Part shown: positions 51,719 through 63,070 of the stretch, piece by piece
Layout: each line of letters starts with the position of its first letter
How positions within the stretch are numbered: position 1 is the stretch's first letter
Source: Candidatus Marinacidobacterales bacterium
GTDB taxonomy: Bacteria; Acidobacteriota; Vicinamibacteria; Marinacidobacterales; SMYC01
Direction of reading: 5' to 3'
Length of the DNA stretch: 64,000 nt
Assembly: GCA_965237955.1 (NCBI GenBank)
Contig: OZ250169.1
Location: 1,152,001-1,216,000, forward strand
Program-made: the position numbers and the translations under genes
The notes under the pieces: generated by a model
Databases searched by the model: none
What the model saw: only the letters and a program-made list of their open reading frames with translations
Told to the model about the DNA's origin: nothing

Positions 51719-53273
51719 ATGCCAGGCACAGTGAGAGTTCTCCTTGTGGGGATCGTATTGGGGCTATGTGCCGCGGTCTACGTCTATAGCCCGTCCACGG
51801 CGGCTAGCGGTTCGTTTCACAACGCCGTGGCGAACAGCCCTGCCGCGGGCACGATCTTCTTGTATCCGGAGCGTATTCAATTGGAAGCTGGCTATTTTTT
51901 CAACGCGGAATGAGGGATGATGTTTGTTCCGGCAAACCGCTCCGATCCGGCGAGCGCGGTCATCGCCGTCGAGGTGTACCGCTTCAAGGCATCGTCTAAA
52001 GCCACGCCGGGGACTCCCCCCATTTTCTTCTTGCACGGGGGACCCAGTTTCGGCGGTTTGGAGAGCTCTCTTGCAGAATTGGGCACTTTTGAAGAGAGAT
52101 GGCAACCATTTCTGGATGTTTCCGATCTCGTTGTCGTGAGCCAGCGCGGAATCGGGCCATCCAAGCCGACGACGACCATTGACACCACCACGCCACCTGC
52201 GCCTGTGGATCAACCGTACGATGATAAAAAGGCGGTTGCAGAATTACAGAAGGTTCTGAAACGGGCAAAGGACTTTTGGATAGGGCAGGGCCTTGACTTG
52301 AAGGGCTTCACGGTCGTTGAAGCGGCGGCGGACGTCGATGACGTTCGGAAGGCTTTTGGGTATAAGAAAATAATCATTTGGGGCGGCAGCTTTGGGGCCC
52401 ATTGGGGCATGACCCACATGCGCGCGAAGCCGGAGATTGTGGAGCGCGCGATTCTCTTCGGCATGGAAGGTCCCGATCATACCTACGATCACCCGGGCCA
52501 CTTGTGGAAGGTCTACGAGCGAGTGGCTGCGGAAGCTGAAAAAGCACCCGAGTTGAAGAGCTATATCCCCGAAGGGGGGCTGATCCAAGCCCTGGAGAAG
52601 GTGATCGCGAAAGCCGAAAAGGAACCGTTCACCGTCAAGGCGGGCTCCCAGGAAGTCTTGTTTGACGGTGACTCCGTCAAACGTCTTGCCACAGGTTTCT
52701 CGCGTGGTTTACCCGCGTGGCCAGCAGACGTGATCCAGCTTTCTAAGGGGGATTTTAGCGTCGCGGCGGAAAGGGTTGCCCGTGGGGCGGCGAGTAACAG
52801 AAGATCAACCACGACAGCGAGTTACTACATGCTTGATTGCGGCTCCGGCATTACGGCAAAGCGCCTAGCGGAATATGATTCGGATCCTGCCCTAAAGTTC
52901 CTAGGCCAAATGAACTGGGACTACACGGCGGGTTGCCCGGTCTGGGACAGTGACCTGGGAGATGAGTTTCGGCAGAATTTCGAAACCGAAATCCCGACGG
53001 TCATTGTTCACGGCACTTGGGACACGTCCACTCCGTTCGAGAACGCTACCGAACTGGTGCCCTATTTCAAGAACGGCAAGTTTATCCCCGTGAGCCGGGG
53101 GCCTCACGGGGCCATCAGAGCGGCGATGAGGGTGTCCGAGCCATTCCGTAAAGGCATCATGAAGTTTGCGGCAACCGGGGATATGTCCGAATTGCCCGAC
53201 TCGGTAGACATGCCCCCCAGTTGAGTGGGTTATTCCTGGGCAACCGAGACAACCGAGGAGAGGCGGCAGCTGA
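51719..53273 (+). pseudogene. Secreted alpha/beta hydrolase (TAP-like) with in-frame TGA at 51911-51913 and probable 3' frameshift
   Basis: AE*GMMFVP continuity, LHGGP, SQRGIG, GGSFG, GTWDTSTP, GPH. Confidence 0.8.
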
Positions 53274-53309
53274 TTGCTTCGTTCTCTCGGGAAGTCAGTT
53301 TGAGCTGCG

Positions 53310-53442
53310 CTAGTCTCCTGGATCTTTGATTACTATACAAAGTTAGGCTTTTCGCCAGCCCATAATAGTCATAAGATTCATGCACTTAGAAGTGTTTCGG
53401 CAAGCTATGCTTTATCTAGTTTGTTCTGATACAGGGGACTAG
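53310..53442. mobile_element. AT-rich 133-bp MITE-like element bounded by CTAG
   Basis: CTAGTCTCCTGGATC and GATACAGGGGACTAG form a 13/15 IR. Confidence 0.6.
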
Positions 53443-53503
53443 AGGGCGGCACGTCGCGCCGGGGCTGGCGAGAGGAGTTCAGTGTGTGGGAATGGAGGCC
53501 TCA

Positions 53504-56500
53504 ATGAGGTTCATACTATTACTAACAAAACGGATTGGATCCGCCGCGATCCTTCTCCTAGCAGCCTGCCCGCTCTGGGCGGAAAGCGGCGACGCCTCTG
53601 CGGATATTTATGTGCCGGGCACTATCGACAGTTTATCGTGGCGCAACATCGGACCTAATCGCGGCGGACGTTCTATTGCCGTTTCCGGCAACCCGAACCG
53701 ACCTTTCGAGTACTACTTCGGAGCTACCGGAGGAGGCCTGTGGAAGACGTCGGACGGCGGCAACACCTGGCGGCCGGTCACGGATGGCCAGATACGAAGC
53801 TCGTCGGTCGGCGCGGTCGCCGTCGCCCCTTCCAACCCGGACGTCGTCTACATGGGGATGGGAGAGGTGCAGCTCCGCGGCAACGTCATGCAGGGCGATG
53901 GTGTTCATAAGTCCGTTGATGGAGGTAGGACGTGGACGCATAGCGGGCTCCCGAATTCTCTCGCCATTGGTCGCATCCGGATTCATCCTAAGAATCCAGA
54001 CCTCGCCTACGCCGCGGTGCTGGGAGACCCCACGGGTCCCAACGAGGATCGCGGAGTCTATCGAACACGAGACGGTGGGCGCACCTGGGACAAAGTGCTG
54101 TACAAGAGTGCCAAGACGGGTGCCGTCGACCTGGCTCTCGATCCGAACAATCCCGACGTCTTGTACGCGTCCCTGTGGCAAGTGTATCGGAACGCTTATC
54201 AGCTCTGGAGCGGGGGGCCGGAGTCGGGGCTTTGGAAGTCGTCAGACGGCGGTGAGACTTGGACCGAGCTCACCCGGAACCCCGGGCTGCCCGAGGGAAC
54301 GATCGGCAAAATCGGCGTCGCCGTTTCAGGAGCGGACTCTAAACGTCTCTACGCGATCATCGAGGCCGACGCCGGAGGCCTCTATCGTTCGGATGATGCG
54401 GGTGCCACGTGGACCCTCGTCGATAACTCACGGGATCTCTGGCAACGCGCCTTTTATTTCAATCGCGTCACGGCACATCCAAAGGAAGTGGACACCGTCT
54501 ACGTTCTGAACGCTCAGTTTCTCGAATCGAACGACGGAGGAAAGACGTGGGATTCGATCCGCACTCCCCATGGCGATTATCACGATCTGTGGATCAACCC
54601 CGAGAATCCGGAACTGATGGTTTGTGCGAACGACGGCGGAGGCACGGTGACCACCAATCGTGGCAAGAGCTGGACACCGCAAAACTTTCCGACCGCTCAG
54701 ATGTACCATGTCAATACGACACGGGATTTTCCCTACCACGTCGTGGGCGCCCAACAGGACAACTCAACCGCCGCGGTTTCCAGTCAGCCGGGAGCCTGGT
54801 GGGCAAGACCGAAGGGTCCGGCTCAGGGCTCTTTCTACGCCGTGGGCGGAGGCGAGAACGCCTACGTCGCCACCCATCCGGAGAACCCGAACATTTTCTT
54901 CGCCGGTGCGACGAACACGTTGACCCGCTTCGACCGGGCTACGGGCGAGGAACGGGATGTCCAGCCCTTTCCCCGGATGTTCATGGGCGAGTCGTCGGAC
55001 GAGGTGCCGGAGCGGTGGAACTGGGTCTACCCAATCATGATGACACGCAACAAGCATCTCTATGCCGCCTCTCAGCAACTTTGGAGGTCGCTCGATGAAG
55101 GGAAGACTTGGGACAAGATCAGCCCGGATCTGACGCGCGCCGATCAGGAGACGATGGGCCCTTCGGGCGGACCTATTGTTCTGGACCAGGACGGCCCGGA
55201 AATCTACGCGACCATTTTCGCCGTCGCTCCGTCGGAGGTGGACGCGGATACGATCTGGGTCGGCTCAGACGATGGTCTCGTTCACGTCACCCGCAACGGC
55301 GGGGCCGATTGGATCAACGTCACGCCACCTGACATGGCTGCCAACACGCGGGTCAGCCTGATCGAAGCCTCGCCGCACGACGCTGCAACCGCCTTTGTCG
55401 CGGCCAAGCGCAACCAGATGGGAGATCGGGCTCCTCACATCTGGAAGACGCGCGACTCCGGGAAGACCTGGAAGCGGATCGTCAATGGAATCCGAGCGGA
55501 CGATTTTGTTCACGCCATTCGGGAAGACCCTCAACGAGCCGGACTGCTCTACGCCGGGACCGAACATGGCGTGTACGTTTCCTTCGACGAAGGGGATCAC
55601 TGGAAGTCGCTTTCCCTAAACTTGCCCGATGTTCAAGTACCGGATCTCGTCGTGGAGGGCCGTGATCTCGTCATCGCAACGCATGGGCGTTCTTTTTACG
55701 TGTTGGATGACCTCTCACCGCTCAGGCAAATGGCCCCTGGCCAATCCACTCCTGCCGTTCACCTCTTCAAGCCGTCCGACGCCGTCCGCCGTGTCTACAC
55801 CGCTAACATCGATTTCTATCTGGAATCCGTGACGGACCCCATTCGTCTGGAGGTTCTCGACGGCAAAGGAGCTTTGGTGCGTGAGCTCCGTGTCAGAGGA
55901 GCCGGCTCCAGAAATCAACCCTCGGCGAGACAGGGCCGTGGGAGACAACGTGGCGGAGGCTCGGGAGTGAAGGCCGGGCTCAATCGGTTACGTTGGGATC
56001 TCCGTTGTCCCGGCGCCACGGTCTTCGAAGGCATGATTCTCGAAAGCTCAAACCCAAGCAACGGTCCATGGGCCCCGCCGGGACAGTACGCGGTCAAGCT
56101 CACGGTGGGCGATCAAAGCTGGACCCAACCGCTCACCGTTCTCAAAGACCCGCGCCTTGGTCAGGTTACGCAGCAAGATCTGGAGGAGCAGTTCACTTTG
56201 GCAATGAAACTTCGAGACCGAGTCAGCGCCGCTAACGAGGCCGTTATCTTGATTCGCAAGTTGAAGACTCAGATGGATGACGACCGAATTACCGGTGAGC
56301 CGGAGCTCCAGAAGCCGCTCGCCGAGCTAAAGAACCGTTTGAGCCTTGTGGAAGCCCAGCTCTACCAGGTGAAGAATCAGAGTTCGAAGGACAAAATTGC
56401 CTTCCCGATCCAGCTCAACGACCGGCTTGCCGGGCTGTTTGCGCTCGTGCAGGAGGCGGACGGTGCTCCGAACCGGGCTCACTACGAGGTCTTTGAGCAA

Positions 56501-56614
56501 CTTTCATCGGAGCTCGATGGACACTTGGCCGAGTTGGACCAGCTCCTTGAAAACGACCTCGCGGCAGTCAACAAGCGGCTGTCTAAAAAACGTCTTCGTC
56601 TGATCACAAAATAG
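53504..56614 (+). CDS. Secreted BNR/Asp-box repeat (VPS10/sortilin-like) glycosyl hydrolase-like protein
   Basis: WRNIGPNRGGR, repeated SxDGGxTW, HGDYH, QDN, ATHGRS. Confidence 0.92.
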   Translation: MRFILLLTKRIGSAAILLLAACPLWAESGDASADIYVPGTIDSLSWRNIGPNRGGRSIAVSGNPNRPFEYYFGATGGGLWKTSDGGNTWRPVTDGQIRSSSVGAVAVAPSNPDVVYMGMGEVQLRGNVMQGDGVHKSVDGGRTWTHSGLPNSLAIGRIRIHPKNPDLAYAAVLGDPTGPNEDRGVYRTRDGGRTWDKVLYKSAKTGAVDLALDPNNPDVLYASLWQVYRNAYQLWSGGPESGLWKSSDGGETWTELTRNPGLPEGTIGKIGVAVSGADSKRLYAIIEADAGGLYRSDDAGATWTLVDNSRDLWQRAFYFNRVTAHPKEVDTVYVLNAQFLESNDGGKTWDSIRTPHGDYHDLWINPENPELMVCANDGGGTVTTNRGKSWTPQNFPTAQMYHVNTTRDFPYHVVGAQQDNSTAAVSSQPGAWWARPKGPAQGSFYAVGGGENAYVATHPENPNIFFAGATNTLTRFDRATGEERDVQPFPRMFMGESSDEVPERWNWVYPIMMTRNKHLYAASQQLWRSLDEGKTWDKISPDLTRADQETMGPSGGPIVLDQDGPEIYATIFAVAPSEVDADTIWVGSDDGLVHVTRNGGADWINVTPPDMAANTRVSLIEASPHDAATAFVAAKRNQMGDRAPHIWKTRDSGKTWKRIVNGIRADDFVHAIREDPQRAGLLYAGTEHGVYVSFDEGDHWKSLSLNLPDVQVPDLVVEGRDLVIATHGRSFYVLDDLSPLRQMAPGQSTPAVHLFKPSDAVRRVYTANIDFYLESVTDPIRLEVLDGKGALVRELRVRGAGSRNQPSARQGRGRQRGGGSGVKAGLNRLRWDLRCPGATVFEGMILESSNPSNGPWAPPGQYAVKLTVGDQSWTQPLTVLKDPRLGQVTQQDLEEQFTLAMKLRDRVSAANEAVILIRKLKTQMDDDRITGEPELQKPLAELKNRLSLVEAQLYQVKNQSSKDKIAFPIQLNDRLAGLFALVQEADGAPNRAHYEVFEQLSSELDGHLAELDQLLENDLAAVNKRLSKKRLRLITK

Positions 56615-56644
56615 GTTGCGTTACGAAAATCTGATGTACGCGTT

Positions 56645-56676
56645 CCTCGAGGGGGGCTGAGAGTTCCCCCTCGAGG
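56645..56676 (+). terminator. Stem-loop, possible terminator
   Basis: CCTCGAGGGGG / CCCCCTCGAGG 11-bp stem after the stop; no clear U tract. Confidence 0.5.
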
Positions 56677-56922
56677 TGGACCGTTAAGCGAGTAAACGAA
56701 AGCCTAGCCATGAAGATTTCGAATTGGAGGATCAAGCCCGGTAAGTTTTTTGGTCCTCCTGACCTTTCTGTGGATCCCGATTAGTGGCGCAGGCCATCGC
56801 GCCTCCAGCAGACCACGGTGCTCACCGGCGTCAAAGCTGCCCTCGCTTCGCTCGACCGCTGCGCCGGCCTTATTCTCCCCTTGCGATTATGCGGACCTTG
56901 TACGTAGAGAGCGCCGCTCGGT

Positions 56923-57066
56923 ATGTGCACAACCTGCCATGGAGACGAGGTCGCGATTTAGCCCGAGCTGGAAGAGCTCATCGCCGAGTCCCACCCGGAC
57001 GACGAGGCGACCGGTTTCGAAGTCGGCGACCTCCGAGGCTGGATGTGGGCCGAAGTGCCTCGCGAG
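56923..57066 (+). pseudogene. DUF3365 (Tll0287-like) c-type cytochrome C-terminal fragment
   Basis: MCTTCHGDEVAI*PELEELIAESHPDDEATGFEVGDLRGWMWAEVP. Confidence 0.65.
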
Positions 57067-57766
57067 TGCCTTGGTGCACAACTCGCGATCTCGGTCCACA
57101 ATTGTCCTTTACTCACGGATTCGAGGTTCCCCATGAGCATTTTCAAACGCACTCAGCGGAAGTATGTGAAGAAGGCCTATCGCGTGAGGAATTGGCGTGA
57201 ATATGAGGCGGGTCTACGCAACCGTGGGAGCCTGACCGTCTGGATCTCGCTCACCGCCGGCAAGCTTGTGAACTGGGACGCGCCCCGGCCGAGGAGGAGG
57301 AAACCGGGCCGTCAACGCAAGTACTCGAACCACGCCATCGAGACGGCTGTCACCCTGGGCATGGTGTTTCATCTGTCATCTAGGCAGAGCGAGGGATTGC
57401 TGCGATCGTTGTTCGCTCTGATGAAGCTAGACAATGATGTGCCCGATCACACCACGATCTCGAGGCGCAAGGCGAAGCTGGGTAAGGTCCCCTTCTACCA
57501 AGACAAGCAGAAGACGCCGTTGCACATCTTGATCGACAGCAGCGGTCTCGCTGTCCACGCCGGCCAGCTGCGCAGAGCACCAAAGAGCAGGGACTATCGC
57601 AAGCTCCATCTGTGTGTCGACGAGCAGAGTGGCGAAGTCGTCGCCGGCGAGCTGACGAGCAAAAGAGCCCGCGATTCATCGCGGGTTGCATCGCTTGTCG
57701 GACAGATCGACAGTCCCATCTCATCTGCCAGAGCTGACACCGCATACGACGCCGGCGGCGTCTATG
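57067..57766 (+). mobile_element. IS5/IS903 partial copy C (700 bp), cut by copy D
   Basis: Left IR at 57067; identity ends at the left IR of the next copy. Confidence 0.95.
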
Positions 57767-58853
57767 TGCCTTGGTGCACAACTCGCGATCTCGGTCCACA
57801 ATTGTCCTTTACTCACGGATTCGAGGTTCCCCATGAGCATTTTCAAACGCACTCAGCGGAAGTATGTGAAGAAGGCCTATCGCGTGAGGAATTGGCGTGA
57901 ATATGAGGCGGGTCTACGCAACGGCGGGAGCCTGACCGCCTGGATCTCGCTCACCGCCGGCAAGCTTGTGAACTGGGACGCGCCCCGGCCGAGGAGGAGG
58001 AAACCGGGCCGTCAACGCAAGTACTCGAACCACGCCATCGAGACGGCTGTCACCCTGGGCATGGTGTTTCATCTGTCATCTAGGCAGAGCGAGGGATTGC
58101 TGCGGTCGTTGTTCGCTCTGATGAAGCTAGACAATGATGTGCCCGATCACACCACGATCTCGAGGCGCAAGGCGAAGCTGGGTAAGGTCCCCTTCTACCA
58201 AGACAAGCAGAAGACGCCGTTGCACATCTTGATCGACAGCAGCGGTCTCGCTGTCCACGCCGGCCAGCTGCGCAGAGCACCAAAGAGCAGGGACTATCGC
58301 AAGCTCCATCTGTGTGTCGACGAGCAGAGTGGCGAAGTCGTCGCCGGCGAGCTGACGAGCAAAAGAGCCCGCGATTCATCGCGGGTTGCATCGCTTGTCG
58401 GACAGATCGACAGTCCCATCTCATCGGCCAGAGCTGACACCGCATACGACGCCGGCGGTGTCTATGAGGCAATCGAGAATCACAGCGCTCATCGCTCGCC
58501 GAGGGTGTTGATACCGCCGCGCAAGGGCGCCCAGCTCGCATCGGGGCCGGCGAGCAGCCGACAGCGCAATCGCAACATTGCAGCACAAGCTCGGCTCGGC
58601 AAACGAAAGTGGCACACAGAATCGGGCTACAGCAAACGGAGCAAAGTCGAGACAACGTTCCATCGCTACAAGGCTATCGTGGGCTCAGCGATGCGAGCGA
58701 GAGGGTTGGCGGCACAGAGAGTCGAGGCAAGGATCGGGTGCAAGATTCTCAACACGATGACGGCGCTCGGGATGCCTGATAGCGAGATGATCGGATGATG
58801 GGAGTCGGGGCCAAGCGAGCTCTCGGCCTCTATCGGAGTTGTGCACCAAGGCA
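57767..58853 (+). mobile_element. IS5/IS903 full copy D, 1087 bp
   Basis: 18-bp IRs at both ends. Confidence 0.95.
57833..58798 (+). CDS. IS5/IS903 transposase
   Basis: 321 aa, a few substitutions relative to copy B. Confidence 0.93.
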   Translation: MSIFKRTQRKYVKKAYRVRNWREYEAGLRNGGSLTAWISLTAGKLVNWDAPRPRRRKPGRQRKYSNHAIETAVTLGMVFHLSSRQSEGLLRSLFALMKLDNDVPDHTTISRRKAKLGKVPFYQDKQKTPLHILIDSSGLAVHAGQLRRAPKSRDYRKLHLCVDEQSGEVVAGELTSKRARDSSRVASLVGQIDSPISSARADTAYDAGGVYEAIENHSAHRSPRVLIPPRKGAQLASGPASSRQRNRNIAAQARLGKRKWHTESGYSKRSKVETTFHRYKAIVGSAMRARGLAAQRVEARIGCKILNTMTALGMPDSEMIG

Positions 58854-59763
58854 GCGCATCGTTGCCGAAGACAACGCCCTCAATCCGGCTCTCGTAGAAA
58901 AAGACTGCTGGGTCACGCATGCGTTGTGGGCTCTCGAGCACACGGGACTCGAGATCTGGTTCAAAGGAGGGACCTCTCTGTCCAAAGGCTTCGAGCTCAT
59001 CCAGCGGTTCTCGGAAGACTTGGACCTCAAAGTGGAGGGTGGATCGAGCGGTGCGCCCGCCGTCAAGAACTGGTCGAGCCTGAACAAGGGACCGGTGGCC
59101 TCTCGACGAACTTTCTTCGAGACCCTCGAGGAACTGATCGTCATCCCTGGGGCCTCGGTGAAGCTCGACCGAGCCCGGATCGACAAGTACGCTCGCTCGG
59201 CCGACTATCGAGTCCTCTATAGTGCAGCGTTCGCAAATGGACTTCCGGCGGTAATGAGCCCCTTCGTGAAACTGGAAATCGGTAGCGCCCGCGTTACACC
59301 TTTTCTCGAGCGGAGCATAAGTTCCTTCGTTCACGATTGGCTGCATGCGAGAGGGCAGTTGACAGACTACACGGACAATCGATCGGCCGCCCTGCGATGT
59401 GTTCACCCCCTGGTCTCGTTGGTCGAGAAGATCGATGCCATCGTGCGTCGATCTGCGCGCGGGTCCAGCCCCGCGACATTCGTCCGTCACTACGAGGATG
59501 CCGCCAATATCATTTTCGCAGAACAGGAGCTGCCACCGCTCGAACGGGAGCTTGCCGACCTGATCGAAGACATGCTTGCCGAGCGAAGCATTGCGTCCTT
59601 TCCCAGTGCCGATGATCTCGCTTTTTCGTTGGACGCTCCGAACCGGCGCGATGAGCTCGAGAAGGCCTACGAGGCAACAGCGCCCACGTATTGGGGCCGC
59701 CGAATATCACTGCAGGATTCGTGCGAGCTCATCCGCGAATGGCTCGCGCAGCGTTCACGGTAG
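58795..59763 (+). CDS. AbiEii/AbiGii-family nucleotidyltransferase toxin; native N-terminus replaced by IS sequence
   Basis: LVEKDCWV, FKGGTSLSK, IQRFSEDLD, EK, VRHYED. Confidence 0.85.
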   Translation: MMGVGAKRALGLYRSCAPRQRIVAEDNALNPALVEKDCWVTHALWALEHTGLEIWFKGGTSLSKGFELIQRFSEDLDLKVEGGSSGAPAVKNWSSLNKGPVASRRTFFETLEELIVIPGASVKLDRARIDKYARSADYRVLYSAAFANGLPAVMSPFVKLEIGSARVTPFLERSISSFVHDWLHARGQLTDYTDNRSAALRCVHPLVSLVEKIDAIVRRSARGSSPATFVRHYEDAANIIFAEQELPPLERELADLIEDMLAERSIASFPSADDLAFSLDAPNRRDELEKAYEATAPTYWGRRISLQDSCELIREWLAQRSR

Positions 59764-59764
59764 T

Positions 59765-59880
59765 CTATTCCGTGGGCACGCGCGCTTCGAGCTCTTCGAA
59801 CCAGTTCAAGACCACGCGAATCTCCCGGCGCTCCGGTCTCGCACTGAAAACCTGCGCGAATTGCTACCATCGGGCGAGAC
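59765..59880 (-). pseudogene. C-terminal tail of a kinase-TolB-repeat protein
   Basis: EIRVVLNWFEELEARVPTE-stop. Confidence 0.6.
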
Positions 59881-59905
59881 ATCGTAGTATCGAGTCCAAC
59901 CGCGA

Positions 59906-61427
59906 GTGACAGCCCCGCGGTGTCCAACGAGTTGGTGGGGCTTTCCGACGGCGGGCGCCTCGAACGACGTTGTGGCATTCTCCGACCGTCTCCGGCGTCG
60001 TCAGCGCGACGGGCTCGCCGCCCGCGGCGGGAACCCGCATGAGTCACACCACGCCCGACTCGGCGAGCTTCAGAACTTGAAGCTGTCCAAGAAAATCGTC
60101 ATGCGCGTATGGAGCGAACGTCCACAGCGGCTACGAAGTCGCGTCCTGGTGCGCTTCGACAAGACCACATGGCATCGGGATCCGGCCACGATGCAGGAGC
60201 TCGCACCCACGACGGGGGAGGCCGACGTCGATCAGGCGGCTCGCGAGTTTCTGGACACGCTTCCCGGGTCGGACTTCGTGCTACCACCCGAGCGTTTGGA
60301 GTCGCAACGGCTCATCCACACGAAGGTTATTCGTGTCGACGGCGGCGGCCTCACGACGCCGGGAGGCACCCTCTTAATCCATGCGCCTGTCGATGAGCTG
60401 CGGCTCGACACCGCCGCTGTGGTACTACCGCCGCCGCGAACGCCGGTGCGCGTTTACGGCGTTCTGCACGAAGTGAACCATCAGCGTGCACAGGAAGGAC
60501 CATCGCCTGCGTCCATGCTCGAGGCGTCTTTGCAGGTCCCCGAGAATCTGGACCCGCGTTTTCAAGCTCTCGCGAACGAGCTGGCGCGTGACACGGTCGA
60601 CGACGAGGGCAGAGCCCGTCGCGTCGTCGCTCACCTTAGGGAGACCTACGAATACTCGCTCGACGTCGGAGACATCGACCGCAGCGACCCCCTCGCTGAT
60701 TTCCTTTTCGAGAAAAAAGAAGGTTGGTGCGAGTACTTCGCGGGCTCGGCAGCCATTCTGTTGCGACTTCAGGGTATTCCCACGCGTTACCTGCGTGGCT
60801 TCAACGTCATCGGCTCTCAGAAAAAAGGCGATCACTACGTGGTGCGCGAGTGGGACCGTCACGCGTGGATCGAAGCCTACATCGACGGCAAAGGCTGGCT
60901 CGAGTACGATCCGACACCGGCCGCCGAGTACGAGAACCTGCATGCTGGTTTGAACGACAACATCGTGACCGATGCGCTCGAGTGGCTGCGCGCGAGCGTC
61001 GCAAGTCTTTACGTAGAGCTGCTTGCGCGCTACGCTACTTCGAAACGTCGCGTCTTGCGCGGCCACTGGTCGGGGACTACTCCTCGTCATCGCGTGGACC
61101 CTGAATCGACTAGTTCGCTTTGTGCGCACCCTGCCGGGAAGCCAGAGCTCGGCAAAGAGGGCCACACCTTCCGCGCTCGAGCAGCTCGTTCACGAGCTCG
61201 ACGTCGAGCTCGATCGCCTCGGATGCGCCCGTCCGACGAATCGAGCGCCCCTCGAGCATTGGTCGAGCCTGCCGTCCGACACCGTGCCGCGAACCCTTCG
61301 TGACACAGGGTTGAGCATCATCCTCACGTATTACCGGAACCGGTTCGGGGGTGAGGCTCTTGCCGACGGAGATCTAGAGCGACTTCGAAGAGAGCTTGCT
61401 CACTCGGTCACGAGGTCTTCGGACTGA
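59906..61427 (+). pseudogene. Transglutaminase-domain (TgpA-like) protein, 5' truncated and frameshifted near 61040
   Basis: FLFEKKEGWCEYFA, GIPTRY..GF, HAWIEAY..GKGW..YDPTP; C-terminal YYRNRFGG in another frame. Confidence 0.85.
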
Positions 61428-61494
61428 ACGAGGGCTAACACCGCGCGCGTGGACTCGTAGCGCTCGGCCGGCTCTTTGGACAGACACTGCATCA

Positions 61495-61765
61495 CTAGAG
61501 CTTCGAGGTAAGCCGGTAGCCCAGACCGCTCGTTGGCGATGGGTGCGGTGATTCGAGATGGTGTTCGACGAGGTTTCCGGTCGTGAACGGTGCGCGTCCT
61601 GTCAGGAGCTCGTACAGCGTTGCGCCGAGCGAATAAATATCGGTCCGCGCGTCAGTCGGCTCTCCGCAGGCCTGCTCCAGTGCGATGTAGTTGAGCGTGC
61701 CGCCGACGCACCCGCCGCCGTCGTCGCCGCTCCGTGCGAGACCGAAGTCCACGATCTTCACCCAT
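61495..61765 (-). pseudogene. Ser/Thr kinase C-lobe fragment
   Basis: VKIVDFGLA, GTLNYIALEQ, DIYSLGATLYELLTG. Confidence 0.85.
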
Positions 61766-62481
61766 CCTGTCAGGCCAAGCGCTCTTGGTTGTTTGCCGAA
61801 AAGCTCAGAGAAGAGATCCTGGCACCGGTGCTCAGCCTTCTCTCCCAGACAGCCTTCGAAGCCATCAACAAGAGTTTCCAGAAACTTCTCGATCGCAAAG
61901 ACGTCCGACCCGGCTCGGTGTCTTCGATTCAAACCTTTGGTTCCTTCAGCGCGAATTGGCACCCCCACATCCATTGTCTGGTCATGGAGGGGGTTTTCGC
62001 CCCGCAGGGGGAGTTTCTGCCCTTGCCCAAGCCGGCCAACTCTATCCTCAAAGATATCGAAGAGCGCTTCCGACCCCTTTTGCTCGAGCGACTACACCGC
62101 GCGGAGCGTCTCTCCGAGGAGTTCATGAACCGGTTGCTGCAATGGAATCCTTCGGGGTTTTCGGTCTATGCGGAGCAGCTCGTCTGGGACGACGAGCCGC
62201 AGCGGCTGGAAAAACTCGCCCGCTACGTCACCCGCGCTCCCGTTCGAGTTGACGGGGTGAGCCAAACCCAGGATAGCCGCGTCTTGCTCACCACACCCCC
62301 TGATCCGCTTACCGGAGAAACGCTCCTCTTTCTCGACTCTCTTGATTGGGTTCATGCCATCTGCCAGCAGATCCCTGACCGCGACCAACACTTGACCAGG
62401 TTCTACGGTGCCTATGCGAACCGAATCCGAAAAGCGCTCTTCGAAGACGCGTCACCAGACGCTCCCGGGCGCCGAAGTTAA
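61760..62481 (+). mobile_element. IS91-family (HUH/Y2) transposase remnant with internal deletion
   Basis: PSCQAKR, QTFG...NWHPHIHCLV, SGFSV, LARYVTR, RFYGAYAN. Confidence 0.85.
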
Positions 62482-62877
62482 AACAAACGGATGCCTGAAC
62501 TCATCGAGCGCTGGAGCAACGCAGCCTGAGCTGCTAGAGTCATGAGTAACGAACCCGTCCGGAGGGAGTAATTGTCAAGAGTTGTGGATCAGAACTTGGC
62601 GTCTCCCGCCCCGAACGGCGTCACGCTGTCGCCTTCCTCCCGGTGAAGGAGGCCGTGGGATCAGGATCTCAGGCCGCTCGAGATCTCGGCGTGGCACGTT
62701 TTCTGGTGGAAGGTGTCATGATCGCCGCTAGCCATCGAGGGGGTAGTGGACCCCTTGAGAAAACCGCGAATCTCTGGCAGTATTCTCGTATCCTGGTGCT
62801 GAAGAGGGTCACTCGCGTCACGAGGTGGCGGTTATCTGGGAAATCCCGGTCAATAACTTCCCGAAGGAGGCACGGCC

Positions 62878-62919
62878 ATGAAGACGACACGGATCCTCGT
62901 CACGGGCGCGGCCGGGTGA
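62878..62919 (+). pseudogene. Stub of an NAD(P)-binding (NmrA/SDR) gene
   Basis: RBS AAGGAGG, then MKTTRILVTGAAG-stop. Confidence 0.5.
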
Positions 62920-63070
62920 CGGCGATCCCCGGGGCGGTCAACAAGGTGCTCGCCTTCCTCGGCGAACTGCCGCCCCGGCGAATCGCGCAGGCGGTGTTCG
63001 GCGCGCTTTCACGAAGCGCACCGCCCGCGAGCGGGGATGGGAACGGGCAAACCGCTGGGCGGACCCAACG

